Source of the DNA: an uncultured Christensenellaceae bacterium | Lineage (GTDB): Bacteria > Bacillota > Clostridia > Christensenellales > UBA3700 | NCBI GenBank assembly: GCA_944381365.1 | Contig: CALWKW010000002.1 | Location: 385,952-449,951 of the forward strand | Direction: 5' to 3' | DNA: 64,000 nucleotides | Part shown: in pieces, positions 26,535-35,060 of the stretch | Layout: every line of letters starts with the position of its first letter | Position numbering within the stretch: position 1 is the stretch's first letter | Made by a program: the position numbers and the translations under genes | Notes under the pieces: model-generated | Seen by the model: only the letters and a program-made list of their open reading frames with translations | What the model was told of the DNA's origin: nothing | The model's database searches: none

Positions 26535-27842
26535 TTACGAATTTGCGTTGTCTTGCAAGACTTTTTTCTTATGTTTTTTGACTATAAGCACGATGCTTGT
26601 TGTAAGGGCTGCTATTAAAACAAGACTTCCTAAGATAATCAAAGCATATCCCCACATAGGCATTACAAAGTCTACTCCCGGTATACATACAATAAATGTA
26701 CCCGTCTTGTCAGTATTGATTTTTACATAACTTCCTCCATTCTCACTTGAAATCTTTATAAGTGAACCATTCTCTGCCATATAGTAAACAACTATATCGT
26801 TTCTGTCGTAAGTAGATTTTGCTTTTATGTATAGTACATATTCTCCTAAAGGCGTGGCTTTGCTTCCGTCTGTATTTATAAGACTTGTTTGAAATACTTC
26901 AAAGTTTGTTGCAATAGTTTTCATTTGTTCTGCCACGGTATTGTAAATTGTACTTTCTTCTGTAAGCCTGCTTGCTTGAATAGATACACCTTTGTCCAAA
27001 ACTCCATCAGGATCCTCAAACTTTGCAAGAGTACCTCCTTCGGCAAGAGATAATATTTTTATAATTTTTTCGGTAAAAGTATTATTTCCCAGCAAGGATT
27101 TATATTGTGAACTTTCTGCACGATAAACGACATTATATTCGCCTATCTCATCAAGTGCAAACTGATTATTTGTTACACTCACTTCTATTTTTTTGTCACC
27201 GCTTAAATAATATACTAATATCCTGACTTTGCAATTTTCTTCTCCGAGCGTTGCTTTTGCCTCGGGAATAGTAAATACCGAACCTTGTACCGTTTCGTAT
27301 TCATTGCCTGATGTAGTAGAAATTACAGGAACAAACTCTGCCGGACGATCAGTAGTAGCATCTTCGATATCTCCAATTCTGGTTGCGTTGGCAAGATTAA
27401 GCCGGATAGTGAAATAAAAAGTTTCGTCTCTAGGCGCTACAAATACCGAAAACGGCAACTCTTTTGATAAATTCTCTTTTGATAATGTAAATCGATAAGT
27501 CTTTTTGTTTGCGTCACTATATGTAATGCTGTAACCGACTTGTTTACCATCTTCAAGATTAAGCGAAAGATTTTGCATAGATGAAGAAAGCTGTGTAATG
27601 GACGCGTAATAATTGTTGCCTATTTTTTCGACTATGGCATTGTTATCAAAATATTTTGCAATCATATTTGCGCCAATGCCCGATTGTCCGCCGATAGAAT
27701 AAGACACATTATATTCGCCGTCCATTGAGAATATATCGCTTTGCGCATAAACAACTTGTTGTCCTGCCGACAATGCAATAGTACAAGGTATAAATAGCAT
27801 AAGCACGATGATAAATATTGAACTTATTTGCTTAACTTTCAT
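26535..27842 (-). CDS. NEAT-domain surface protein with Ig-like middle domain and C-terminal TM anchor
   Basis: Signal peptide. NEAT-like block DGEYNVSYSIGG...ANMIAKYFDNNAIVEKIGNNYYASITQ...KKTYRFTLSKENLSKELPFSVFV...TFYFTIRLN. C-terminal hydrophobic helix plus KKHKKK tail. No LPXTG. Confidence 0.6.
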   Translation of the reverse strand: MKVKQISSIFIIVLMLFIPCTIALSAGQQVVYAQSDIFSMDGEYNVSYSIGGQSGIGANMIAKYFDNNAIVEKIGNNYYASITQLSSSMQNLSLNLEDGKQVGYSITYSDANKKTYRFTLSKENLSKELPFSVFVAPRDETFYFTIRLNLANATRIGDIEDATTDRPAEFVPVISTTSGNEYETVQGSVFTIPEAKATLGEENCKVRILVYYLSGDKKIEVSVTNNQFALDEIGEYNVVYRAESSQYKSLLGNNTFTEKIIKILSLAEGGTLAKFEDPDGVLDKGVSIQASRLTEESTIYNTVAEQMKTIATNFEVFQTSLINTDGSKATPLGEYVLYIKAKSTYDRNDIVVYYMAENGSLIKISSENGGSYVKINTDKTGTFIVCIPGVDFVMPMWGYALIILGSLVLIAALTTSIVLIVKKHKKKVLQDNANS

Positions 27843-30800
27843 AAAGACATCTCCTTATCTTTGAATACAGCATAAAGAATAATTCTATTGCCCGAACTAA
27901 TATATTCGATGAGAATAGGGTCTTTTTCTAGATCAAACTGCTTATATTCACCATCAACATATACTGCCCAATATGCAAACTCTTTAGCGAGATTTGTGCA
28001 AGTTACGGAATTAAGTTGATCGAGCTTGCTATCTGAAACACTTTCGGCTATCGTACTATCTTCTAAAATATTACGCGAACCGCTTACGATATTCGTAAAT
28101 TCTAGACTATTACCATTTTCATCAACTGCTTGATAGCTTATATTCATTACTTTTTTAACGACTACCCACAAAGTAAATGTTTCTTTCACATTAAAGCTAA
28201 AATCAAAACCTTTATCTGTAGTATAACTATATACGGCGTTTGATCCGTATCCCTCACTAAAAACAGGTTTGTCTGCACGCCAACCTACCTGTTGGTACCC
28301 GTTAGGGAAAGAGTAGAATTGTCTGAAATCAAAAATATTGACTGTGTAATTTGAATATCCGCCATTGTTGGGTCTATAATATGTTACCTCTCCCATATAT
28401 TCTGTATCTTTGCCATCCATATCATAATAAGCCTTTATTGTTATACCTTTATCCCATAAAGCATATATCATAGGCTTAAGCGTACCCAATTCGACTCCCA
28501 ATTTACCCACTGAACTTCCTGCTTTGAATAAATATCCACTCATTTGAGGTGTCGAGCTCCATCCGTATAATCTATCCTTTGTGGACTCAAAATGGAGCGA
28601 AGATAATGACATGTTATTATTTGCCATACTAACGGTAATCGTATAGTAGTAATAGTTTTGATCTTCTGTAATAGTCGCACCATTCAAACGATCTATATTG
28701 AATGGATGTTCCTTGTCCGTAACATAAGTAACTTGTATATCACATTTATCATCATATACGATAAATTTGCGACATAGTGAAGCTGTAACGAATGTATCTG
28801 AATCAGAAGGATCATAATTAGAGAATACAGGGTCACCATATTCGTTGGTATGGAATGCAAAAACAAGTTCTACCATATACTCTCCCTCTTGCAAAAATGT
28901 GAGTACCGTACCAAAATCTGTGCTTTGGTTTGTATATAAATCTCTTGATGCATAACTATAGTTGTCACCCGAACGCATATAGACATAATATGTGCCACGA
29001 GATAGAGAGGTATTACCACTAAAGATTTTGGGTCTTTCCATCTTGATCTCTTGCCCCGTAAACAATGCCGAACCATCGTCTATAAACTTATACTCTGCCA
29101 CACTTTTTGCATCGATCATAAAATTATACATTGCACTACAAGAAGCGTGGTCGCCATAATTATTGTAATAATGCAAAGTAATTACAGCATAAGGTTGATT
29201 TTCTATCAATTCCCATATCTGCCCGATATCATTTATTGTTTGAGTATTATCACGCAGATATATTGTAGCATAAGAAAAAGCTAACTGCGATAAATATGAT
29301 TGTTCGGATTCGGTAATGTACATATCATAATATTGTGGAAGATTGGCAATATCTGTTTGGTTTTGCAATACATAAGTATCTATATGTTTATAGTTAATAG
29401 TGTCACGAACCCCATCGGTATAAGTAAAGTCGCTAGACTGTAGCCTACCCCCGCTTGCATCGGTGATATAATAATTCCCCACATTGTTTCCTCGATATTC
29501 AAGAATAATCGTTTGCCACTCTCCGAATCGGTTGGCAAGACGCATAGAAATCCTCATTCGCTCTGAGCTCAAAGTAAAAATATTGTTTCCCTCTCCATAT
29601 GAGCCTGCAAACTGACTATATTCACGCTGATACATTCCATTCCAATACTTCCATACTGCAACATACAGATAATTTGTTCGGTATTCATCGCTTCCGTCTT
29701 CATATTTAATTAAAGAATATGTAGTATATTCTCTTCCTAGCCACTTATACCTTATCTCAGGTACCTGGACATATGACCCTAAAAGAAAGCGTTCGTCCGT
29801 AATCCATACATCTTCATTTTCATCGTATCTCCATTTACTATCCTGAATTTCATAGGTAGGATCCTCTTGAGGCAAAAGCGTAACTATACAACTACGTTTT
29901 GTGTTTTCATAGTTTGCTGTGTATGAAATAGCAACTCCCTCATCAAATTTGAAATTGCGTGATAAATTTATAGGAGAAGAAAAATCTATATTGCCGTTTT
30001 TATCCAATAGGTATGCTTGCCATTCTAGATTTGACAGCGATATTGTCGGATAAACTTTTTCTTGATATAGCTCAACCAAATCAACATCTGTATTAGGAGC
30101 TATAGTTTTACCTATATCGACAGGCATTCTGTCTGCGTTTGTAGCCGCCATATTTATTAACGAAAGGTAGGACACTGCGCTTGAATATAGTTCGCCTTGA
30201 GTCTTGCAGTCATATCCATAAGCCTCATATACTATATCGAAATAAGACAGTTTTCCACGCATATCGGCTACATTTTTTTCTGCAGTCTGTGCGGATGGAG
30301 TAATAGTCATTTTGCTATCGTAATTGACTAAACCCGTCTTTCCTCCGTCGAGAGATGAATAGAACATATTTACCATTCTCACTGCATACTCATAATTTTG
30401 CAAAGTACTATATATAGTATTATCATTGGCAAAATCCACATCTGCATAACCTGAATAAAAAGGTACATTATCTGAATATGTATATGAATCGCCTTTTAGA
30501 GGAGTATAATCCCAATCTGTAATACGAACCATACTATTGTATCCTATACAAAGTCTACGATAGCCAAAAGGCATATTAAACATTTGCTCCATAGCACCAG
30601 TACTGCCACCATACAAAATTATATCCTTTTTTAATTCATTGCCTAAGTCAAAAGTATAATAATACTTTCCGCTATCGGCATGAAACTCATATGTGAGAGT
30701 TCCGTAAGCACCTGCATCCAAAAGTCCGGGAATGTATACATTTGAAGAATTAAGTTCTTCTTGACTTACGGTATTGCTTGAATTAATCAAAAAATATGCA

Positions 30801-31864
30801 AAATCTCGAGCATAACCAGTGCTTCGATCAAAATAATCGTCGCCTTCTAAGTTCATAAGATCAGAATTATATGCTGTAAGCTGTTTGATAAGCTTATAAT
30901 GTCCGTTCTCTGCTACGATATACGAATATACCGGATGAAAAAAATCTAATATTGCCGCACCTTTATCTAACTCTGTGTAGTGAGTAGGGACAAGATATAT
31001 ACCGTCTTCCAACACTCCATCTATATTGACAAAGGACTGAGAAAAACCGAACAAACAAGTGATATCCACTTTTACTGCATATGATACAGAACAATTATCA
31101 CGATTTTCGCCCGATTCAAGTTTTGATACCCAATTGTAATACTCTACATAAAGAGTGATTGGTTGAGAAATATCCAAATCAGAAATATCATAATATAGAG
31201 TCTGTAATGTACTTGTTCTGTCAAATACGCTAAGTTCTTCTGAGATTCTGCCCGTGCCTCCGTCTGTAAGCGTATATGCTTGCTTAGACATATTTCCGTC
31301 GTTGCCAAAAATAGGTCCACGCTCGTGTGCGTCATACTGAATACGCAACCAAGTACCTAAATCATTTTTTTCTATATATGTTTCGGATGCAATTATGTCC
31401 TCGCTAAAATCACGCCAACCATACTTGTCGGCAAGGATTCCTTTAGCAATACTTTCTTCGTCAATACGAGCCTCAAATTCGATATCGTATTTACCATTGT
31501 TGACTATTGCTTCTTTTTCCCATTTTGCATGCAACATTACATCGCACATTTTCCAATATAAATCTCCATCCGAAACATCACAAGGATCTGTAAAGGCAGA
31601 ATCAAAAAACCAACCGGCAAAGACATATCCCACTCTTTCGGGTATGGGAAGAGTAGGCATATCGTTGGCAGAATAATAGATGTCCGAAATAGGCTCTTCT
31701 AAATTGCCTGCATAGAATGAAATCTTATACTGCTTATCACCATAAGCGTCTTTGATGGCATCCTGAGGTGTATTTATTCCATTCTGCACAGTACAACCTG
31801 CAATGCTTAATGCCATAATCATTAAAAATATCAACAATATAATGCCTTTTATTTTGTTTTTCAA
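27839..31864 (-). CDS. giant (1341-aa) lipoprotein, mostly unassignable; Listeria-Bacteroides-type repeat at both ends
   Basis: TTG start with GGGAGG RBS. Lipobox SIAGC. GYVFAGWFFD near the N-terminus, and GYQQVGWRAD / FAYWAVYVDG near the C-terminus. ATGA overlap with the NEAT gene. Confidence 0.6.
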   Translation of the reverse strand: MKNKIKGIILLIFLMIMALSIAGCTVQNGINTPQDAIKDAYGDKQYKISFYAGNLEEPISDIYYSANDMPTLPIPERVGYVFAGWFFDSAFTDPCDVSDGDLYWKMCDVMLHAKWEKEAIVNNGKYDIEFEARIDEESIAKGILADKYGWRDFSEDIIASETYIEKNDLGTWLRIQYDAHERGPIFGNDGNMSKQAYTLTDGGTGRISEELSVFDRTSTLQTLYYDISDLDISQPITLYVEYYNWVSKLESGENRDNCSVSYAVKVDITCLFGFSQSFVNIDGVLEDGIYLVPTHYTELDKGAAILDFFHPVYSYIVAENGHYKLIKQLTAYNSDLMNLEGDDYFDRSTGYARDFAYFLINSSNTVSQEELNSSNVYIPGLLDAGAYGTLTYEFHADSGKYYYTFDLGNELKKDIILYGGSTGAMEQMFNMPFGYRRLCIGYNSMVRITDWDYTPLKGDSYTYSDNVPFYSGYADVDFANDNTIYSTLQNYEYAVRMVNMFYSSLDGGKTGLVNYDSKMTITPSAQTAEKNVADMRGKLSYFDIVYEAYGYDCKTQGELYSSAVSYLSLINMAATNADRMPVDIGKTIAPNTDVDLVELYQEKVYPTISLSNLEWQAYLLDKNGNIDFSSPINLSRNFKFDEGVAISYTANYENTKRSCIVTLLPQEDPTYEIQDSKWRYDENEDVWITDERFLLGSYVQVPEIRYKWLGREYTTYSLIKYEDGSDEYRTNYLYVAVWKYWNGMYQREYSQFAGSYGEGNNIFTLSSERMRISMRLANRFGEWQTIILEYRGNNVGNYYITDASGGRLQSSDFTYTDGVRDTINYKHIDTYVLQNQTDIANLPQYYDMYITESEQSYLSQLAFSYATIYLRDNTQTINDIGQIWELIENQPYAVITLHYYNNYGDHASCSAMYNFMIDAKSVAEYKFIDDGSALFTGQEIKMERPKIFSGNTSLSRGTYYVYMRSGDNYSYASRDLYTNQSTDFGTVLTFLQEGEYMVELVFAFHTNEYGDPVFSNYDPSDSDTFVTASLCRKFIVYDDKCDIQVTYVTDKEHPFNIDRLNGATITEDQNYYYYTITVSMANNNMSLSSLHFESTKDRLYGWSSTPQMSGYLFKAGSSVGKLGVELGTLKPMIYALWDKGITIKAYYDMDGKDTEYMGEVTYYRPNNGGYSNYTVNIFDFRQFYSFPNGYQQVGWRADKPVFSEGYGSNAVYSYTTDKGFDFSFNVKETFTLWVVVKKVMNISYQAVDENGNSLEFTNIVSGSRNILEDSTIAESVSDSKLDQLNSVTCTNLAKEFAYWAVYVDGEYKQFDLEKDPILIEYISSGNRIILYAVFKDKEMSL

Positions 31865-31910
31865 ATTCTATGCCTCCCTTGTATGTATGCACAAACAATG
31901 CATAATTGCA

Positions 31911-31926
31911 GCCCGTATATACGGGC
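31911..31926 (-). other. intercistronic perfect palindrome / stem-loop
   Basis: GCCCGTATATACGGGC lies in the 83-nt gap between the two giant lipoprotein genes. No T-run follows. Confidence 0.4.
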
Positions 31927-31947
31927 CACAATTATACTTTCTAGTTA

Positions 31948-34900
31948 TTATACTTTGCTTAGTCGAATTTTACCCATGCCTTCTTCTGTATATCCTTGAT
32001 ACCAACCATCTTCAAATACTGATTGATTTGCAGATATAAACTCAGCTAAAGTTTTGCCAGAAAATTCTCCCATATAGTCTGAGTACTGAATATATATATC
32101 TGTACCGCAATCTGTAAATGCATTTTGGTGTATTTTGGATACTGAATTAAAAATAATTGTAGTACTATATGATGTCTTATCATTGATATAGTAGAACGAA
32201 CCTTCCATCACTTCATAATTAATTATATTCTTGCTATCCGTTATATCTCCAAGACTTATCATTACAATATCTTTGTTGGCATTGACAGCTCCTGCACTTG
32301 CAACAAATTTTACATTCCAAGTAGTTACACCGTCTTCTGAAGTTGTTTTACCTGCATACTGATACAATCCGTATCCGCCGTATACGGGTGAGAAACCATC
32401 TATGCCGACAATATCCTGACGAATAAAGAAGTCGCCAACTTTTAAGTCTGATTTTGTCAACATATTTCTATCTTCTTCACCCTTTGCAGGAATAAATTCT
32501 TTTAGCGTTTCTGTCTTAAAAGCGTATGCTCCCACTTCTTTTAGATTTGCAAGAGGCAAAGCAATTTCAGTCAAAGAAGTACCCTCAAAAGCACTTGCGC
32601 CAACAACTTCCAATCCACCTGTTGCAATTTTTGCACCAACAAGACCTTCACACATATAAAAAGCCTTTTCGCCAATAACTTTTACTGAAGAAGGAATGCT
32701 TACATATCCTATATTAATACAATTGGGATTCTTTGTTGCATCGAAAGCTCCGTCTGCAATCTCGGTTACCTTAAGCTTTGCACCATTAATAGTTACTTCA
32801 TTAGGAATACCTACGATATAAAGTCCATTGCTAGTCTTATATCCGTTGTTTGCAAAACCTGTAATCTTTGCAGTACCATCACCATTGTCTTCTGCTATAT
32901 AACCTCCGTCGATCACATAATCACTCACAATGGTCAAATATACATTTGTAGTAAGGTTTTTATCAAAATCATATTCAGCTCCAAACGAAGTTACGCTAGA
33001 AATTTTAAGAACTTTGTCTGTCGAATATGCCTTGTATAGTGATGTGCTATTTGCTGTATCAATAGCTTTCAAAAGTTCATCTAATGTTAGTTTATCATTT
33101 TTGTTCTTTTCAATCTTTGCTGAATAACTCTCGCCTGTAAACTCATTTTTGAGTACAACTTGTACTTGTGGAGTATCTGTTTTTCCAATATAAACAACAA
33201 CATCTTTATATGATGTAGATGTATAGGGTTCATATTGAGATTCTATCATACTGCCATTACCTGTAGGGTCACCCATAAAAGCAAACCCTGCACAATCGCC
33301 TACAAGAGCTTCTCCGTTGAATACTAGATTGATAAGGTCATCTATTTTATTGTATACAGCATATCCGCCAATAGCGATATTACCTCGAGGAGAAGATGCA
33401 AACTGTTCATCCCATAGGAAATTATTACAACCAGAATATGTACTGCTATTATAAGTATAAGCTGCATAATCATTTGCGTTTGCATTATAACCTATATAAT
33501 TGAATGACTCAGGCAAAACAATATAGTTATATGAACGATTCATATAAGTACCTACTTGGATACCTTCTACTCCTTCAGGAACTATAAGAGTACCGCCCTC
33601 TTTACTGTAATCGGCTATAAGAAGAAGTTTACCCTCATGTCCTTGTGCATTGTCTATTTTATATACATAATTTCCATCTCTATAAAACTCGCCAATTTCC
33701 GCAGTTGATTTTGTAGCTTCAAAAATAAAGTTTGCAGGAATCATTGAGAGATTTTTTACACTTGAAGGAACTTTTATATCAAAAGAATAAGGTTCTCCCA
33801 AATTCACTTTTCCTGCAAGACTATTCCAACTTGCATTGCAATTTGCCCAAAAACTTCCTATAATTACTTCTACGCCTTGAGGAATTTCAACAGTTTGTAG
33901 TTTGTTGAGGTTGTTGAAACAATTTATAATCACCTTTAGTGTAGAAGGAAGTGATATTTCTTTTATTGTACAAGCAGTAGACGCATTGATATTTTGTATA
34001 ATAGATATTCCTTCGCCTATTATAAGTTTTTCTATAACAGAACCACTTAATAGGGTACCATTAAGATTTACCTCTTCTACCTTATAGGTTTCTGCAATAC
34101 CATCTTTGTCCATATCAAAAGTAAGCTCTCCGGGAATAGAGATTACGGGTACCGTGTTTGCCTTAGCGTCTGTTTGTGTATCATCATAAATATATTTATC
34201 ATTTTGATACATTGTCAACCTTAAGTTGCCTGTAGCTTCGTTGACTTGATATGCTAAAAATGGAGATCTCCAAGTTACGGTGATGTTGGTATTTTGAGTG
34301 ATAGGCTGAGAAAAATCAAACTCCTTATTATCTTCTCCCCAATATGCTATATCATATTTGGACATATAATTCTTTCTGATTTCTGTCGCCTCAATGCCAC
34401 CTTCAGATGCAGGATTGGTAAATACCGTTCCGGGGGTTACTGTTGTGGTAAATACATCTTCGTATCCATTGTTAAAAGTAATGCGTGCTACTGAACGAGC
34501 ATAAAGCGTAGTAACAATAGATTTGCCGTCCCATTTAGTACTTTCAGTGAAATTAGCGTTAGTGTACCATCCGCTGAACTCCAAGCCTTCGCCCGGATCA
34601 TATGTACCGTTTACTACATCTATTAGATTTTGCGTACCCAAATTTTCGCCGTTGATCACTACTCCTACCTCAATAGGCACAAATTTTGCATATACGCTTA
34701 TACTTTGCTTTATATCCTTATTTGCAAAAGCATCCCCTGTCAAGTCTTGCTTATAATACCAGTTGCTGAAATTATAATACAATTTATCGGGGTTTTTAGG
34801 CATCTCCACTTTTCCGTCCACAACTTCTGCTTCGTGGAAAGATGCCCATTCGCCCTTGTCGTTCTGCACCATAAAGGTGACTTTGGGATTGTCTTTATCA

Positions 34901-34989
34901 CTGTTGCAAGCAGAAAATATAGAAATCCCCGCAAAAATTACTACGACAAGTGCAAGCACGATGAGCAATTTCTTTTTTGCTATTATCAT
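31948..34989 (-). CDS. 1013-aa lipoprotein with Listeria-Bacteroides repeats and BspA-type leucine-rich repeats
   Basis: Lipobox FSAC. Repeats YYNFSNWYYKQD and LEFSGWYTNANF. LRR_5-like segments such as IPSSVKVIGEKAFYMCEGL...VVGASAFEGTSLTEIALP...EVGAYAFK. Confidence 0.65.
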   Translation of the reverse strand: MIIAKKKLLIVLALVVVIFAGISIFSACNSDKDNPKVTFMVQNDKGEWASFHEAEVVDGKVEMPKNPDKLYYNFSNWYYKQDLTGDAFANKDIKQSISVYAKFVPIEVGVVINGENLGTQNLIDVVNGTYDPGEGLEFSGWYTNANFTESTKWDGKSIVTTLYARSVARITFNNGYEDVFTTTVTPGTVFTNPASEGGIEATEIRKNYMSKYDIAYWGEDNKEFDFSQPITQNTNITVTWRSPFLAYQVNEATGNLRLTMYQNDKYIYDDTQTDAKANTVPVISIPGELTFDMDKDGIAETYKVEEVNLNGTLLSGSVIEKLIIGEGISIIQNINASTACTIKEISLPSTLKVIINCFNNLNKLQTVEIPQGVEVIIGSFWANCNASWNSLAGKVNLGEPYSFDIKVPSSVKNLSMIPANFIFEATKSTAEIGEFYRDGNYVYKIDNAQGHEGKLLLIADYSKEGGTLIVPEGVEGIQVGTYMNRSYNYIVLPESFNYIGYNANANDYAAYTYNSSTYSGCNNFLWDEQFASSPRGNIAIGGYAVYNKIDDLINLVFNGEALVGDCAGFAFMGDPTGNGSMIESQYEPYTSTSYKDVVVYIGKTDTPQVQVVLKNEFTGESYSAKIEKNKNDKLTLDELLKAIDTANSTSLYKAYSTDKVLKISSVTSFGAEYDFDKNLTTNVYLTIVSDYVIDGGYIAEDNGDGTAKITGFANNGYKTSNGLYIVGIPNEVTINGAKLKVTEIADGAFDATKNPNCINIGYVSIPSSVKVIGEKAFYMCEGLVGAKIATGGLEVVGASAFEGTSLTEIALPLANLKEVGAYAFKTETLKEFIPAKGEEDRNMLTKSDLKVGDFFIRQDIVGIDGFSPVYGGYGLYQYAGKTTSEDGVTTWNVKFVASAGAVNANKDIVMISLGDITDSKNIINYEVMEGSFYYINDKTSYSTTIIFNSVSKIHQNAFTDCGTDIYIQYSDYMGEFSGKTLAEFISANQSVFEDGWYQGYTEEGMGKIRLSKV

Positions 34990-35060
34990 ATTTTTACTCC
35001 TTTATAATTATTTATTTGAATTCTTCCCCTCAATTAGGAAAGTTTATTCCGAATTTAGTA

